In this document: piece after piece, positions 63,351 through 64,000 of the stretch
Numbering within the stretch: the stretch's first letter is position 1
Layout: the number at the start of each line of letters is the position of its first letter
DNA from: an uncultured Actinomycetota bacterium
Lineage (GTDB): Bacteria > Actinomycetota > Actinomycetes > CAVWCF01
Assembly: GCA_963753435.1 (NCBI GenBank)
Contig: CAVWCF010000001.1
Span: 608,001-672,000, forward strand
Direction: 5' to 3'
DNA: 64,000 nucleotides
The notes under the pieces: generated by a model
What the model was told of the DNA's origin: nothing
Seen by the model: only the letters and a program-made list of their open reading frames with translations
The model's database searches: none
Position numbers and translations under genes: made by a program

Positions 63351-64000
63351 TGCACCACGTCGGCCATGCGGGCTGAGGCGGCGCCGATTCGCGTCGAGAT
63401 GTCCGCGAGCACGTCGGCGGCCACCGGCGAGTCAACGGTGAGCACCATGAGGGCATCGCCCCCGGCCTCGGCTCGGCTGACCTGCATCCCGGCGATGTTC
63501 ACGCCCGCGTCGCCGAGAATCTGCCCAACGGTGCCGACCACGCCCGTCCGGTCGGGGTAGCGGAAGAACAGCAGGTGCGAACTGGGCTCCAGGTCGACAT
63601 CGAAGCCGTTGACCTCGACGAGCTTCTCCACGCGGCGACGGCCCACCAACGTCCCCGAGACGGAGACCTGTGACCCGTCCACGGCAGTGCCCCGAACCGT
63701 CAGCAGGTTGCGGTGGTCCGGGCTCTCCGTGCTGGTGTGCAGGGCAACCTCCACACCGCGCTCCTTGGCGAGCAGCGGCGCGTTCACGTAGGAGACCGAC
63801 TCCTCCACGATCGCGCTGAACGCACCCTTGAGCGACGCGAGTTCCAGCACCTTCACGTCGTGCTCGGCGATCTCACCGAGAACCTCGACGTCGATGCGCG
63901 CCAGCGCGTCGTCGGCCAACGCGGTGACGATGCGACCGAGTCGCTCCGCCAGCGGAAGACCGGGCTTCACGTCCTCGGCAATGTGGCCGCCCTGAACGTT
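63347..64000 (-). CDS. serA: D-3-phosphoglycerate dehydrogenase, C-terminal part (starts beyond the window)
   Basis: [12 protein letters not shown] intervening domain and ACT domain [27 protein letters not shown]; upstream of leuB. Confidence 0.9.
   Translation of the reverse strand, partial: NVQGGHIAEDVKPGLPLAERLGRIVTALADDALARIDVEVLGEIAEHDVKVLELASLKGAFSAIVEESVSYVNAPLLAKERGVEVALHTSTESPDHRNLLTVRGTAVDGSQVSVSGTLVGRRRVEKLVEVNGFDVDLEPSSHLLFFRYPDRTGVVGTVGQILGDAGVNIAGMQVSRAEAGGDALMVLTVDSPVAADVLADISTRIGAASARMADVVQ

Overview
High-GC actinobacterial (Actinomycetia-like) core chromosome segment, almost fully coding and mostly on the minus strand. From left to right: a polyamine uptake/catabolism cluster (two Tat-lipoprotein binding proteins, two aminobutyraldehyde-type dehydrogenases, Lrp, class-III aminotransferase, flavin split-barrel protein, glutaryl-CoA-type dehydrogenase, CaiB CoA-transferase); rpsB-tsf-pyrH-frr-cdsA-rlmN; an M23 peptidase converging on yraN-comM-dprA-xerC-whiG; rpsP-khpA-rimM-trmD-rplS-lepB-lepB-nudix-rnhB; ffh; amtB-glnK-glnD; ftsY; smc; fpg; rnc; rpmF; coaD; rsmD; recG; DAK2; rpmB; thiL; ddl; gpsA; plsC; cofC; HU; leuCD/ndgR; an S8 protease with CWB2 repeats; tRNA-Glu and tRNA-Gln; gltX; FAH family; an SGNH protein; ilvE; leuB; partial serA. 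I found no transposase, prophage or CRISPR array. The most striking unexplained signal is an identical promoter architecture (TCCACAG-like box, N19, second box, N36, GAnnnT -10) upstream of both the M23 gene and the yraN-comM-dprA operon, which suggests an uncharacterised competence regulon. Also notable are three apparent non-canonical start codons (CTG, CTG, ATC), an acidic pentapeptide extension on WhiG, and a repeat/palindrome-rich leader upstream of a small gene preceding smc. All calls come from reading the sequence by eye; no searches were run.
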